Assembly (NCBI GenBank): GCA_964512985.1
Contig: CAZELI010000004.1
Coordinates: 17,782-81,781, forward strand
Origin: an uncultured Gammaproteobacteria bacterium
Lineage (GTDB): Bacteria; Cyanobacteriota; Vampirovibrionia; LMEP-6097
Length of the DNA stretch: 64,000 nt
Direction: 5' to 3'
Under the pieces are notes generated by a model. That model was given only the letters and a program-made list of their open reading frames with translations. It had not been told where the DNA came from and made no database searches. The translations under genes were made by a program, and so were the position numbers. Below, piece after piece: positions 50,897-60,460 of this stretch (its first letter is position 1; each line of letters starts with the position of its first letter).

Positions 50897-51381
50897 TAGC
50901 TAAAGTTAAAGCTAAAAGAAAAGCGAAAGATCTAACTCAAAGCAATCTTTCCGCAATAGCTGGAATAAGTTTTCAGACAATTTCAAGATTTGAACAAGCG
51001 GACGAGAATATTCAACTTTCTACTGCGCTTGGGATCTGTGATAGCTTAGGTTTACGTCTAGATATTCAAGAATCATATTCTTTTCGTTTAATGATTTTTA
51101 AAATGCTTGTTGATGGAGTAAAAAAAGATCCTTATTTTTTTTCTGCTATGCTTCATAATGCAGATCCAGGGCATCCAGTGTATTTATTTGGTTCTAAGAA
51201 TGAAAAATATTCTTTTCCAGAGGATGATAATGAGAACAAAAATCCTGTCTTTCAATTTATGAAAAGTATTTCAGAAGATATGCTAGAATATGGGGATCTT
51301 TGGGAAAAATATCCTCCTATACAAACCTGGCAAGAGTTTTGCGAGTTAATATATTCAAGTTATAAGAATAGATTCAATTAG
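50860..51381 (+). CDS. XRE/HipB-like HTH antitoxin with an extra C-terminal domain
   Basis: RKAKDLTQSNLSAIAGISFQTISRFE; overlaps the hipA end. Confidence 0.8.
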   Translation: MERIIQKYWSKVVAKVKAKRKAKDLTQSNLSAIAGISFQTISRFEQADENIQLSTALGICDSLGLRLDIQESYSFRLMIFKMLVDGVKKDPYFFSAMLHNADPGHPVYLFGSKNEKYSFPEDDNENKNPVFQFMKSISEDMLEYGDLWEKYPPIQTWQEFCELIYSSYKNRFN

Positions 51382-51458
51382 AAAAACTCAAATTCATAGT
51401 TGAGTTGCGAAAAGTGTAAATGCTACTGCTAATGCTAACATTAGTTTAGCTATACTAC

Positions 51459-53390
51459 ATGAAAAAGCAAATATACAATATTGAGCAGGCTCTCCCGGGC
51501 TTAGCCAAAGGCTCAGATTTAGAGGCATTGCCCCCAGATGGTGGTAAACATTGGAATAGATTGGTATTTGAATCAAGTCCTTATTTATTACAACATGCTG
51601 CTAATCCAGTAGACTGGTTCCCTTGGTCAGAAGCAGCTTTCACTAAAGCTCAGATCGAGAATAAACCAGTGATGCTTTCCGTCGGCTATGCCACTTGTCA
51701 TTGGTGTCATGTTATGGAGAAAGAATGCTTTGAAGACGATGAAGTTGCAGAGTTACTCAATAAATATTTCATTACGATTAAAGTAGACCGAGAAGAAAGA
51801 CCTGATCTGGATAATTTATATATGGGCATAGCTCAATCCCTGGTGGGGCGCGGAGGCTGGCCTCTTAATGTGTTCCTCACACCTGATAAAGAAGTGTTTT
51901 ATGCTGGCACTTACATTCCTAAGCACAGTAGAAACTATGGCAATGGCAAACTTGCAGGAATGCTAGAACTTATTCCTTACCTTGGTGAACTTTGGCAAAA
52001 ACAACGTAATCAAATAGTAGAGTCCGCTCAAGACATTATGCAAAGCTTCTCTAAATACATGGTGACGAATGCTAAAGAAACAGAGTCAGAACTAAATGCA
52101 CAAGCCATACAAACCTTATCCGAACACTGTTTTAAACAATTGGAAACTAAGTTTGATCATCAAAATGGTGGTTTTGGTTCAGCACCTAAGTTTCCTTCAC
52201 CGCATGTGTTTAGCTTCTTATTAAATTATTACAAACGTACCAAGAATAATAATGCATTAAATATGATAGAAACCACTCTTAAAGCAATGCGCAGAGGTGG
52301 GGTCTTTGATCAAATAGGACTTGGCTTTCATCGTTATTCTACTGATAGAGAGTGGCTACTACCGCATTTTGAGAAGATGCTTTATGATCAAGCATTATTA
52401 ATGCTAGCTTATGCTCGCTGTTACTCTATAACTCAGAATGCTTTCTACAAGAGGGTTACAGATGAAATATATCAATATCTGACTAGAGATATGTGCAATT
52501 CTGATCATTTATTTTATAGCGCCGAAGATGCGGATAGTGAAGGCGAAGAAGGGAAATTCCACACTTGGACTTACGAGGAACTCAAACAAGCACTTAAGCC
52601 AGAAGAATTAAGCAAGATAGGGAAGCTCTATAATCTCAGTCCTCAAGGGAATTTCAAGGATGAAGCTACACATCAGCTGAATGGAAGAAATATTTTCCAT
52701 CTTAGCCATGATCAAGAGTTAGCTAGTGATACTCAAACTATACTTAATCACCTATATGAAGTTCGAGAGCAACGAATCCATCCATTAAAAGACGATAAGA
52801 TACTCACAGATTGGAATTCATTAATTATAGTAGCCCTTGCGACTAGTTATAGTTGTACTCAAGAATCTAAGTATCTAGATCTTGCAGAGCAAGCCATGAA
52901 AAGCTTACAGAGTCTAATGTTAAGTGATGATATGAAACTTTGTAAATCTGCAAGATCGGGGAAGCTTTCTAAAGCTCCTGGCACTATTGCTGATTATGCT
53001 TTTTTTATTTGGGCATTAATTGAACTGTTTCAAGTCACTTGTAAGTCTGAATATATAGATTTAGCAATGAAACTTGTAAGATATACCATAGATCAATTCT
53101 GGGATAAAAATACCGGAGGCTTCTTTTATTCATCTCAAAGTAATCTTGATCTGCCTATCAACACCAAGGAACTCTATGATGGTGCTATTCCTTCTGCTAA
53201 TTCAATAATGGCAGCTAATTTATATTTCTGTTATCAATATTCTGGTGATGAAGAATTACAAAGAATCTTAAAACAACAAAACACTTTAATGTATCAGCAT
53301 TGTAAATCCTACCCAAGTGGACATACACAATTCATTAGCTTCTTGGAATCCAGTCTGGAACCATTTGTGATGGCATGTCAAATTAAATAA
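51459..53390 (+). CDS. YyaL/DUF255 thioredoxin-domain protein
   Basis: NRL...[39 protein letters not shown]. Confidence 0.93.
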   Translation: MKKQIYNIEQALPGLAKGSDLEALPPDGGKHWNRLVFESSPYLLQHAANPVDWFPWSEAAFTKAQIENKPVMLSVGYATCHWCHVMEKECFEDDEVAELLNKYFITIKVDREERPDLDNLYMGIAQSLVGRGGWPLNVFLTPDKEVFYAGTYIPKHSRNYGNGKLAGMLELIPYLGELWQKQRNQIVESAQDIMQSFSKYMVTNAKETESELNAQAIQTLSEHCFKQLETKFDHQNGGFGSAPKFPSPHVFSFLLNYYKRTKNNNALNMIETTLKAMRRGGVFDQIGLGFHRYSTDREWLLPHFEKMLYDQALLMLAYARCYSITQNAFYKRVTDEIYQYLTRDMCNSDHLFYSAEDADSEGEEGKFHTWTYEELKQALKPEELSKIGKLYNLSPQGNFKDEATHQLNGRNIFHLSHDQELASDTQTILNHLYEVREQRIHPLKDDKILTDWNSLIIVALATSYSCTQESKYLDLAEQAMKSLQSLMLSDDMKLCKSARSGKLSKAPGTIADYAFFIWALIELFQVTCKSEYIDLAMKLVRYTIDQFWDKNTGGFFYSSQSNLDLPINTKELYDGAIPSANSIMAANLYFCYQYSGDEELQRILKQQNTLMYQHCKSYPSGHTQFISFLESSLEPFVMACQIK

Positions 53391-53411
53391 TACCTAGTAT
53401 AATTAAGCCCC

Positions 53412-55043
53412 ATGTCGTCCAAGAAGGCTTTACTATATTCAATTCTAATCAGCTTAGCGATTGCTTTAGTGGTCGAACATCGAGTATTTTACGATCTTAC
53501 TGCTATTAATGATGACGTGCGTAATCAAATCTACTGGATGGCAAGATTCATAGATCCAAATTACTTCTCTAATGATTACGTTGCTTCCTACTTCACTCAA
53601 TCCAGCATGATCTCTCCGCTATTAAGTTGGATTTATCAATTCTTCAGTCAGTGGGTTGACCCAAAAGTAATTACTCAGTTCTTACCTTTCCCGATTATTA
53701 TACTTACGACGATATTTTTGTTTAAAGCAACGGAGATTCACGGAAGATCTCAGATCCTATTCACAAAGCTCCCAGATGCGAGGCATGCGAGTCCCGAGAA
53801 CGCGGAGTTGACTGATACGTCAATGAGCAGTTCGAGGGACGAGCATAACAAAGCAGATGGGACTTTGTGGACAGGATCTAAGTATGCGTTGTGGGTTTGC
53901 TATGTCTTTAATTTATACATCTGGACTATGAAATATACGGCAGGAGGTTTACCAAGATCCTTCTTTTATTTATTGTTCTTTCTTTTCTTATGGATATTTG
54001 CTGCTAAGCGCTGGAAGTGGCTCATACCCTGCTTTATACTACAAGCCTTGATATATCCTACAGCTTTCTTTATATCTCTTATGACTTTAATCGTTGAAAT
54101 GGTTTGGACAAAGCTTCAGCAAATCAAATCTAGTAAAAGACAAACCTTCTTTACATTGATAGCACTTGCTGCAGGTATATTTGTACTTTATTTACGTTAT
54201 ATAGTAGACCATACCCCTAATGCATTTGGGCGCATGACTAGTCTTAAAGAGGCTATTAAGATGCCAGAATTTTACATAGATGGACGAGCTTGTGTATTTA
54301 TTGTGCCATTTAATTTCAACTTATCCTTTAAGTACTTTCCATGTATATTAGTTTGTCTATTAGTGATTTGGGGAGCATATTATTTACTTAAAAAACTTAT
54401 CAGTAAACGAGTATCAATAGTTACTATACCAAGATATATTTGGAGCAGTAGTATTGCTTCCATCATACTGCTGGTCATAGCATACTTAGTTTTATTCTAT
54501 TTATACTTGCCGCATAGATATATCGCTTATATTCTTCCACTAATACCTATATTCTTACTGGGATCAATACTATACGACATTGACCTTGCTTTACCTAAAA
54601 GACCTATCGCGGTTTGGTTAATTACTCTTCTTGCTTTATTACTTATTGCGCCTCACTGGAATGATGATCTAATTGAAGTATCCGCCCCTGAACAAAAACT
54701 ACATCAATTCTTGAAAACCATTCCTAGTGACGCTTTGATAGCAGCACCATTAAAGCTTGCAAGTAATATTCCAGCATTCTCCTATCGTAGTGTGTTAGTT
54801 AGTTCCGAAACTAATATCCCCTTTCATGTAGATTATTACAAGGAAATTAAAGCCGATACTAAAGCAATAGATCTAATTTATAACTCAAATGATCCTATAG
54901 AAATAACCAAGATTATTAATCAATATGGCATTGACTATGTTGTATTGGATCTTAAATCAAATGGTGACAGTATCTTGCCAAGTATTCCAAGTAATAAAGT
55001 AATTTATTCTACTAAAAGATTTATAGTAATAAAGGCAAAGTAG
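53412..55043 (+). CDS. Polytopic membrane protein (GT-C-like) carrying an in-frame family C insertion
   Basis: NDD motif after TM1; many TMs; C-terminal YGIDYVV. Confidence 0.75.
   Translation: MSSKKALLYSILISLAIALVVEHRVFYDLTAINDDVRNQIYWMARFIDPNYFSNDYVASYFTQSSMISPLLSWIYQFFSQWVDPKVITQFLPFPIIILTTIFLFKATEIHGRSQILFTKLPDARHASPENAELTDTSMSSSRDEHNKADGTLWTGSKYALWVCYVFNLYIWTMKYTAGGLPRSFFYLLFFLFLWIFAAKRWKWLIPCFILQALIYPTAFFISLMTLIVEMVWTKLQQIKSSKRQTFFTLIALAAGIFVLYLRYIVDHTPNAFGRMTSLKEAIKMPEFYIDGRACVFIVPFNFNLSFKYFPCILVCLLVIWGAYYLLKKLISKRVSIVTIPRYIWSSSIASIILLVIAYLVLFYLYLPHRYIAYILPLIPIFLLGSILYDIDLALPKRPIAVWLITLLALLLIAPHWNDDLIEVSAPEQKLHQFLKTIPSDALIAAPLKLASNIPAFSYRSVLVSSETNIPFHVDYYKEIKADTKAIDLIYNSNDPIEITKIINQYGIDYVVLDLKSNGDSILPSIPSNKVIYSTKRFIVIKAK
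53752..53879 (+). repeat. RPE-like family C element, in frame in a CDS
   Basis: Terminal IR AGATCCTATTCACAAAG / CTTTGTGGACAGGATCT; encodes KLPDARHASPENAELTDTSMSSSRDEHNKADGT. Confidence 0.92.
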
Positions 55044-55048
55044 AGTTG

Positions 55049-55537
55049 TTATTCTCGAAGCTTTAAAATTTCATAGCTGACACTTGCAACACCAGCTCTT
55101 AAGAAATCCAAAACTTTAGCTGCTGCTTCAGAAACATCAATCTCTCTACCTTGAATAAAAGGACCTCTGTCATTGACCCTCACTATTACTTGTTTACCAT
55201 TCGTTTTATTAGTAACAAGAACATGAGTCCCAATTGGGAGAGTTTTATGTGCCGCTGATAAACCATTAGAGTCAAAGATCTCATTAGCGGCAGTTTTTCT
55301 ACCATCGAACTTTCCGCCATACCAGCTTGCTTTAGTTTCAAAAATTTCTTCAGAATGCTCAAGCTTCATCTTCTTGATTTTTTTATCAATATTAATTTCG
55401 TCATCTTCATCTAGATACTCTTCAATAGTATTAGTAACTTCATCTTCAGCTTGAACTGATAAGTTTAAATTGAACAAACAAAAAATCAGAGAACCTATCA
55501 AGCATGCTTTAATAAATTCTCTGATTTTCTTTGACAT
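55049..55537 (-). CDS. rlpA: Septal ring lytic transglycosylase RlpA family
   Basis: ASWYG, AAHKTLP, VRVNDRGPF, IDVS. Confidence 0.93.
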   Translation of the reverse strand: MSKKIREFIKACLIGSLIFCLFNLNLSVQAEDEVTNTIEEYLDEDDEINIDKKIKKMKLEHSEEIFETKASWYGGKFDGRKTAANEIFDSNGLSAAHKTLPIGTHVLVTNKTNGKQVIVRVNDRGPFIQGREIDVSEAAAKVLDFLRAGVASVSYEILKLRE

Positions 55538-55547
55538 AGTTCTGTAA

Positions 55548-55619
55548 TTATTTCTTTTTAGATGCCTTAGGCTTTTTCTTGCTACCTTTGTCTTTGCCTT
55601 TGTCTTGACTTTTTCCCAT
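55548..55619 (-). CDS. 23-aa Lys-rich micropeptide, not in ORF track
   Basis: AAAGGAG RBS; MGKSQDKGKDKGSKKKPKASKKK*. Confidence 0.6.
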   Translation of the reverse strand: MGKSQDKGKDKGSKKKPKASKKK

Positions 55620-55741
55620 TATATATTCTCCTTTGATTAAATTACCACATTGATAATTTTATACTAATTTTAGCGTAGCATGAATTTCTTGGATGTGTAA
55701 CCACTCACTATTAAGCACATAAGAGATCACCACGTCGTGCC

Positions 55742-55865
55742 GTCATCCTGAGACCGCGAAGCGGTCGTAAGGATCCACTATTCATGAGGTTTCTTAGTAG
55801 TGGATCCTTATCCTGACGCTACGCTCAGGACAGGCTTGCAACCTTCGGCTCCTCCTCAGGATGAC
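55742..55865. repeat. Repeat family A copy 5 with an inserted mini-hairpin
   Basis: Arms are those of copy 2 inverted; TCCTGACGCTACGCTCAGGA inserted in the right arm. Confidence 0.88.
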
Positions 55866-55951
55866 GAACTTTTCGACTTAAGTTAACCAATATGCTCATG
55901 ATTGTATGGCAAAAAACATGCTAATCTGAGACTAAATATTCGTCTATTGTA

Positions 55952-57016
55952 ATGATAATTAAAGTACTAAAATCAATATCATCTTTAAAGTTAACTGTTC
56001 TATGTATATTCTTGCTTGGGGTTTTAATATTCTGGGGTACTCTTGATCAAATCGAGCATGGGCTCTATTTAGCGCAGGAACGTTTTTTTAATTCCTTATT
56101 TGTTTTTCTTGGTCCAATACCTATCCCTAGTGTAAGAATCATTATCTGGGTGTTATTTTTTAATTTATTAGCTGCACTTGGTTTTAGATTTAGATATAGC
56201 TTGAATAATATTGGATTGGTGATAACGCATGTTGGGCTTGTAATGCTCTTGGTGAGTGGGTTTCTGACACTTCATTTTAGTCAAGAGTACTCTATGAATT
56301 TGTATGAGGGAGAGTCAAGTAATATAGCTGCTGATTGTATGAATTGGGAATTAGTAATAATTCAAGAAGATAAGGGACGGATTAGTAAGGTAAGTATCGA
56401 TGAGCAGGACTTAATTCCAGGTAAACCCATTACAGTAAATGGTTTAGCATTACCTCTACAGCTTAAGTCTAAATATATAAATTCGCACTATTTTGATACT
56501 CCTTATGCAGGCAGGATCCTAAAAGAAATGCCCTTAGAAAAAGACTATGAGAAGAATGTACGAGCATTAATTCTGGATTGGAATGAGGATGAGGTTAAAT
56601 TACAAGGTGATGATGAGCCTAGTTATGGTTTACATTATCAGGATATAGATTATGTTTTATTACTCAGGAGAAAACAATATAAGTTACCTTTTATGATTGA
56701 ACTTGTAGATGTTAGTAGAGAATTGCATCCTGGCACCGATAAGGCTAAAGCTTATCAAAGTAAGGTTATTATTCATGAAACTGGTCTTACTCGTGAACTT
56801 ACTATCTCTATGAATAAACCTTTTCGTTCTGGCTTGTATACTGCTTATCAAGCGTCCTTTGGAGTGGATGCTGATGATAAGGAGATGACGGTGCTCGCTG
56901 TAGTTAAGAATCTTAATTATACTTTGCCTTATATTGCTAGTTTGATTTGTTCACTAGGTTTGTTTTGGCATTTTGGTCAAATGTTCTTGGTTAATGTGAG
57001 GAAACGTGATGAATAA
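55952..57016 (+). CDS. Cytochrome c biogenesis ResB/CcsB-like protein
   Basis: SSLKLTV, ITHVGL, HPGT....YQS, ISMNKPFR..YQASF. Confidence 0.85.
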   Translation: MIIKVLKSISSLKLTVLCIFLLGVLIFWGTLDQIEHGLYLAQERFFNSLFVFLGPIPIPSVRIIIWVLFFNLLAALGFRFRYSLNNIGLVITHVGLVMLLVSGFLTLHFSQEYSMNLYEGESSNIAADCMNWELVIIQEDKGRISKVSIDEQDLIPGKPITVNGLALPLQLKSKYINSHYFDTPYAGRILKEMPLEKDYEKNVRALILDWNEDEVKLQGDDEPSYGLHYQDIDYVLLLRRKQYKLPFMIELVDVSRELHPGTDKAKAYQSKVIIHETGLTRELTISMNKPFRSGLYTAYQASFGVDADDKEMTVLAVVKNLNYTLPYIASLICSLGLFWHFGQMFLVNVRKRDE

Positions 57017-59018
57017 AATTAAAATGTTGAAGTGGATTGCTTGCTTCGCATTCCTCGCAATGACGATTAACAATGCTAGTGCTGCTACTAAATCATTGAA
57101 CTTGAATGAGTTCAAAAAAATCATTATCGTAGAACAAGGGCGACTCAAGCCCCTAGATACTTATGCAAGAAATCTTGCGCTTAAGTTCTCTGGTAGATCT
57201 AAGGTCAATGGTAAGGAAGCTATTTATTGGTTTGCTGAATTGCTGTTTAAACCAGAGAAGACATATGATACTAAGGTATTTCTTATTAATAATCCCGAAG
57301 TACTAGAGGCTATCGGTATAGAGCCTGATAAACATAGGCGCTATAGCTTTAAGGAATTGGAGCCTGGGATTGAGAAGCTACATAAATATGCTGCTAGCGC
57401 TTTAGAGAAAGAAGAGGCTGATAGAACTCCGATAGAGAAAGAGTTTTTGCGAGTATTTAATAATTTCCATAATTATATTCAGTTAATTAACAGTTTACAG
57501 TTTAATGCTAAGCATAGTGACTTTGGTGTGGAGAATGAGGAGACGCGGACTCGCTTGTCACTAAAATACAATGGGAATAGTTTATTCCAGATTATTCAGA
57601 AATCTGAGCAGTTAGAGTTATTGATGTCTCAGTTTAGCTCTAGATCTGAGAACCAGCTCAGGGGGAGTGATAGAGATATAGTGAGATTAGCTTTTAATTT
57701 ATATCGCTGGATTGAGAATCATCGTTCATATACAAGTGCTTTTGGGTTAGAAGATAAGCTTGCGATTATTCCAGTCCAAGCTGAAGATGCTTCTTTAGAA
57801 TGGATATCTCCTTGGGAGCTTTTACTTAGACCTGAGGTGACTTATAAACAAGAGTTATTTGATTTGAATATAATGTATAAGGCTTATAATGCTGCTAATC
57901 AAGAGGCTTTTAATAAGATAGTTAGTGATTTTAGGCTAAATATTAGTAAGAAATTACTAAAGTATAATATCGCAGCACCCAAAATTAATACAGAAATCTT
58001 TTATAATAATCTCAACCCGTTTGGGAATGCAAAATTCCTATATGGATTTGCGTTCTTATTAAGTATGATTGCTAGTTTGGTTTGGACTAGATATTCCAAT
58101 CTAGCTGCTTTAGTTTTACTTGTAAGTGGCTTCTTAATTCATACTATAGGAATAATATCTAGGATAATAATATTATCCAAGCCACCAGTCACTAATCTGT
58201 TTGAGACGTTTATTTTTGTTTCTTGGATAGTTGTTTTATTGGGCTTGATTATTTATTTACTTGATCGCAAATCTAATCTAGGATTGATATTAGCAAGCTT
58301 CTCTGGTCTTGTTCTCTTGCTTATCTCCGGCAAGTTTGCTGCAGATGGTGATACTATGCAAGTGCTTATTGCAGTACTTAATTCTAATTTCTGGCTTTCA
58401 ACGCATGTGATCTGCGTTACTATTGGTTATGCGGGTGTCTTTGCTGCGGGTATAGTTGGACATATATATCTTATTCAAAAAATTACCTTAATATTAACGA
58501 GGAGCCTATCCGAAAAGCTCCCAGATGCAAGGCATGCGAGTTCCGAGAACGCGGAGTTGACTGATATGTCAATGAGCAGTTCGAGGAACGAGCATAACAC
58601 AGCAGATGGGACTTTTCGGATAGGCTCGATTCTTGGAATATTAGGTTTTGGCCTATGTTTTAGTTTCCTAGGAACCATGCTCGGTGGTATTTGGGCTGAT
58701 CAAAGTTGGGGACGTTTCTGGGGTTGGGATCCTAAGGAGAATGGGGCCTTATTAATTGTATTGTGGTCAGTGATTATATTCCATGCAAGAATGGCAGGGC
58801 TAATTAAAGAGACTGGTATCGCGATAGCGAGTGTCTTTGGTTGTGTAGTAGTTATGACTTCTTGGTTTGGTATTAATTTACTTGGAGTAGGTTTACACTC
58901 CTATGGCTTTACTCAAGGTGTAGCACTCTGGTTATATAGTTTCTATGCTTTTGAATTAGTTTTTATACTGGTGAGTATTTTTATTCTATCGCGCTTTAAG
59001 TCCAAGGTCGTTAGCTAG
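57006..59018 (+). CDS. ccsA: Cytochrome c biogenesis protein CcsA (system II), carrying a family C insertion
   Basis: GRLKPLDT, PPVTNLFE, WLSTHV, WWD motif GGIWADQSWGRFWGWDPKE, GLHSYG. Confidence 0.93.
   Translation: MMNKIKMLKWIACFAFLAMTINNASAATKSLNLNEFKKIIIVEQGRLKPLDTYARNLALKFSGRSKVNGKEAIYWFAELLFKPEKTYDTKVFLINNPEVLEAIGIEPDKHRRYSFKELEPGIEKLHKYAASALEKEEADRTPIEKEFLRVFNNFHNYIQLINSLQFNAKHSDFGVENEETRTRLSLKYNGNSLFQIIQKSEQLELLMSQFSSRSENQLRGSDRDIVRLAFNLYRWIENHRSYTSAFGLEDKLAIIPVQAEDASLEWISPWELLLRPEVTYKQELFDLNIMYKAYNAANQEAFNKIVSDFRLNISKKLLKYNIAAPKINTEIFYNNLNPFGNAKFLYGFAFLLSMIASLVWTRYSNLAALVLLVSGFLIHTIGIISRIIILSKPPVTNLFETFIFVSWIVVLLGLIIYLLDRKSNLGLILASFSGLVLLLISGKFAADGDTMQVLIAVLNSNFWLSTHVICVTIGYAGVFAAGIVGHIYLIQKITLILTRSLSEKLPDARHASSENAELTDMSMSSSRNEHNTADGTFRIGSILGILGFGLCFSFLGTMLGGIWADQSWGRFWGWDPKENGALLIVLWSVIIFHARMAGLIKETGIAIASVFGCVVVMTSWFGINLLGVGLHSYGFTQGVALWLYSFYAFELVFILVSIFILSRFKSKVVS
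58502..58627 (+). repeat. RPE-like family C element, in frame in ccsA
   Basis: Terminal IR GAGCCTATCCGAAAAG / CTTTTCGGATAGGCTC; encodes KLPDARHASSENAELTDMSMSSSRNEHNTADGT. Confidence 0.92.
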
Positions 59019-59990
59019 ATTTAAATTACCAACGAGTTCAGTGATTTTTAATCCAAAGCTATCATCAATAGCAACGACTTCACCTCTTGCGACTAATTGA
59101 TTATGAGCATAAAGGTCGACAGATTGGCTGCAAGGTCTGTCTAATTCGATTGCAGAACCCTTAGTGAGCCTGAGAACATCTTTCATCATCATTTCTGAAC
59201 GACCGAGTTCTAAAATTAATTCTATATTGATATCACGAATAAACTTGAGATTTCTCTTCTCATTAATCTCATACTCTGAGCCTGAATTTACTATAGCTGT
59301 AGTATCTTCAGATTCATCAGAATCTTCGGAATCATTATTTGTAGTGGCTGATTGATATTCTTGATTAACAGCTAGAGAGAATCGATCTTCATCAAGTTCA
59401 TTTATAATGGTATATAATTCTTCCACCAGAAATTCAATTGCTTTAGAATTAAGCTCTATCTGTAATGGACTATCAAGTTTAGCAATCTTAATTTTAAGAC
59501 CAATTCCAACTGAATCCTCAATGTTGTTTGGTAGCTTTAAGCTAGGTTCTTGGATGGCTTTTAAGGCTCTTGCTTCCTGCTCACCAGTGGTTAGATTGAG
59601 GCCTTCTTTTAATTTACATAATCGTGCTATTGCTGAATTAATTACTGAATTAACTGTCTCTGCAAATGTTTTTTCGTTATCCTCACTTGGAGCTACGGTC
59701 TCTGCTGCATCACCGTCACCGCCAGTAGCTAGTTCTGCAATAACTACTACTTGTTGATTACTTGCTATCACAGATATCGGACCCAAATTGTTAGTCGTAA
59801 TTGGTATGCTAACTAAGAAAGAATCTTTCTTAATTGAGATTTTTTTATTGGCCATCATTGAGTCAATTAATCGCGAATAAGAAACCGTTGCACTACAGTT
59901 CAATATGGAGGATAATTTAGCTGAAATTTCAATAGCAAGGACTTTGGCTATTTTGCTGAATTTTTCTTCTATTGCTTGATCTAAAGACAT
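58986..59990 (-). CDS. Flagellar motor switch FliN/FliY-like protein
   Basis: C-terminal SpoA domain DINIELILELG...GSAIELDR...ARGEVVAIDDSFGLKI. Confidence 0.85.
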   Translation of the reverse strand: MSLDQAIEEKFSKIAKVLAIEISAKLSSILNCSATVSYSRLIDSMMANKKISIKKDSFLVSIPITTNNLGPISVIASNQQVVVIAELATGGDGDAAETVAPSEDNEKTFAETVNSVINSAIARLCKLKEGLNLTTGEQEARALKAIQEPSLKLPNNIEDSVGIGLKIKIAKLDSPLQIELNSKAIEFLVEELYTIINELDEDRFSLAVNQEYQSATTNNDSEDSDESEDTTAIVNSGSEYEINEKRNLKFIRDINIELILELGRSEMMMKDVLRLTKGSAIELDRPCSQSVDLYAHNQLVARGEVVAIDDSFGLKITELVGNLNLANDLGLKAR

Positions 59991-60070
59991 AACTACTTAT
60001 ATGCCTTATGCCTCATAAACTCCGTATGGCATATCCATTCAATAGACTAGTCTGAATAGGGGAGAAGTAC

Positions 60071-60442
60071 TTAAGCCATCCAAAAACTAGTAATGTAATT
60101 GGTTAATCGTAATATTATAAAAACCATTGCGATTGCCTTGTGTGTAGGTAATTTGCTTCTATCTATAATGGTTTTGGCACCAGTGATTCCCAAAGCTATA
60201 TAGCAAAGAATAACCAGCAGAGAAACGCAAGCATGAAAAATCACGAAGGCGCTAGGACTAGGCGCTACAACCTCTCCTATAACCTTCTCTACTGCGTGTC
60301 GCTGTAATTCAATAATTAATACTAACGCCACATCAATAACAAAAGCGCTAAGCATAATTGGTATGTGTACTTCAAGCTTACGATGAAACACAATACCAAC
60401 AGTAATTAAACAGACTACAAAACTAGAAACAAGAATTAGCAT
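60071..60442 (-). CDS. Small membrane protein, DUF420-like
   Basis: Four TMs with spaced His residues. Confidence 0.7.
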   Translation of the reverse strand: MLILVSSFVVCLITVGIVFHRKLEVHIPIMLSAFVIDVALVLIIELQRHAVEKVIGEVVAPSPSAFVIFHACVSLLVILCYIALGITGAKTIIDRSKLPTHKAIAMVFIILRLTNYITSFWMA

Positions 60443-60460
60443 TCTTATAATGTATCACAA

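Noticed and set aside
24195-55865. Repeat-spacer-repeat pattern considered as CRISPR
   Set aside because: The arms are inverted and dispersed rather than tandem direct repeats, and there are no cas genes
53752-58627. Family C insertions as inteins or group I/II introns
   Set aside because: No C/S...HN-C/S/T intein junctions at the element ends, and about 128 nt is too short with no intron core motifs
58986-59018. 33-nt convergent overlap of ccsA and the fliN-like gene
   Set aside because: Short tail-to-tail overlaps are common in compact genomes
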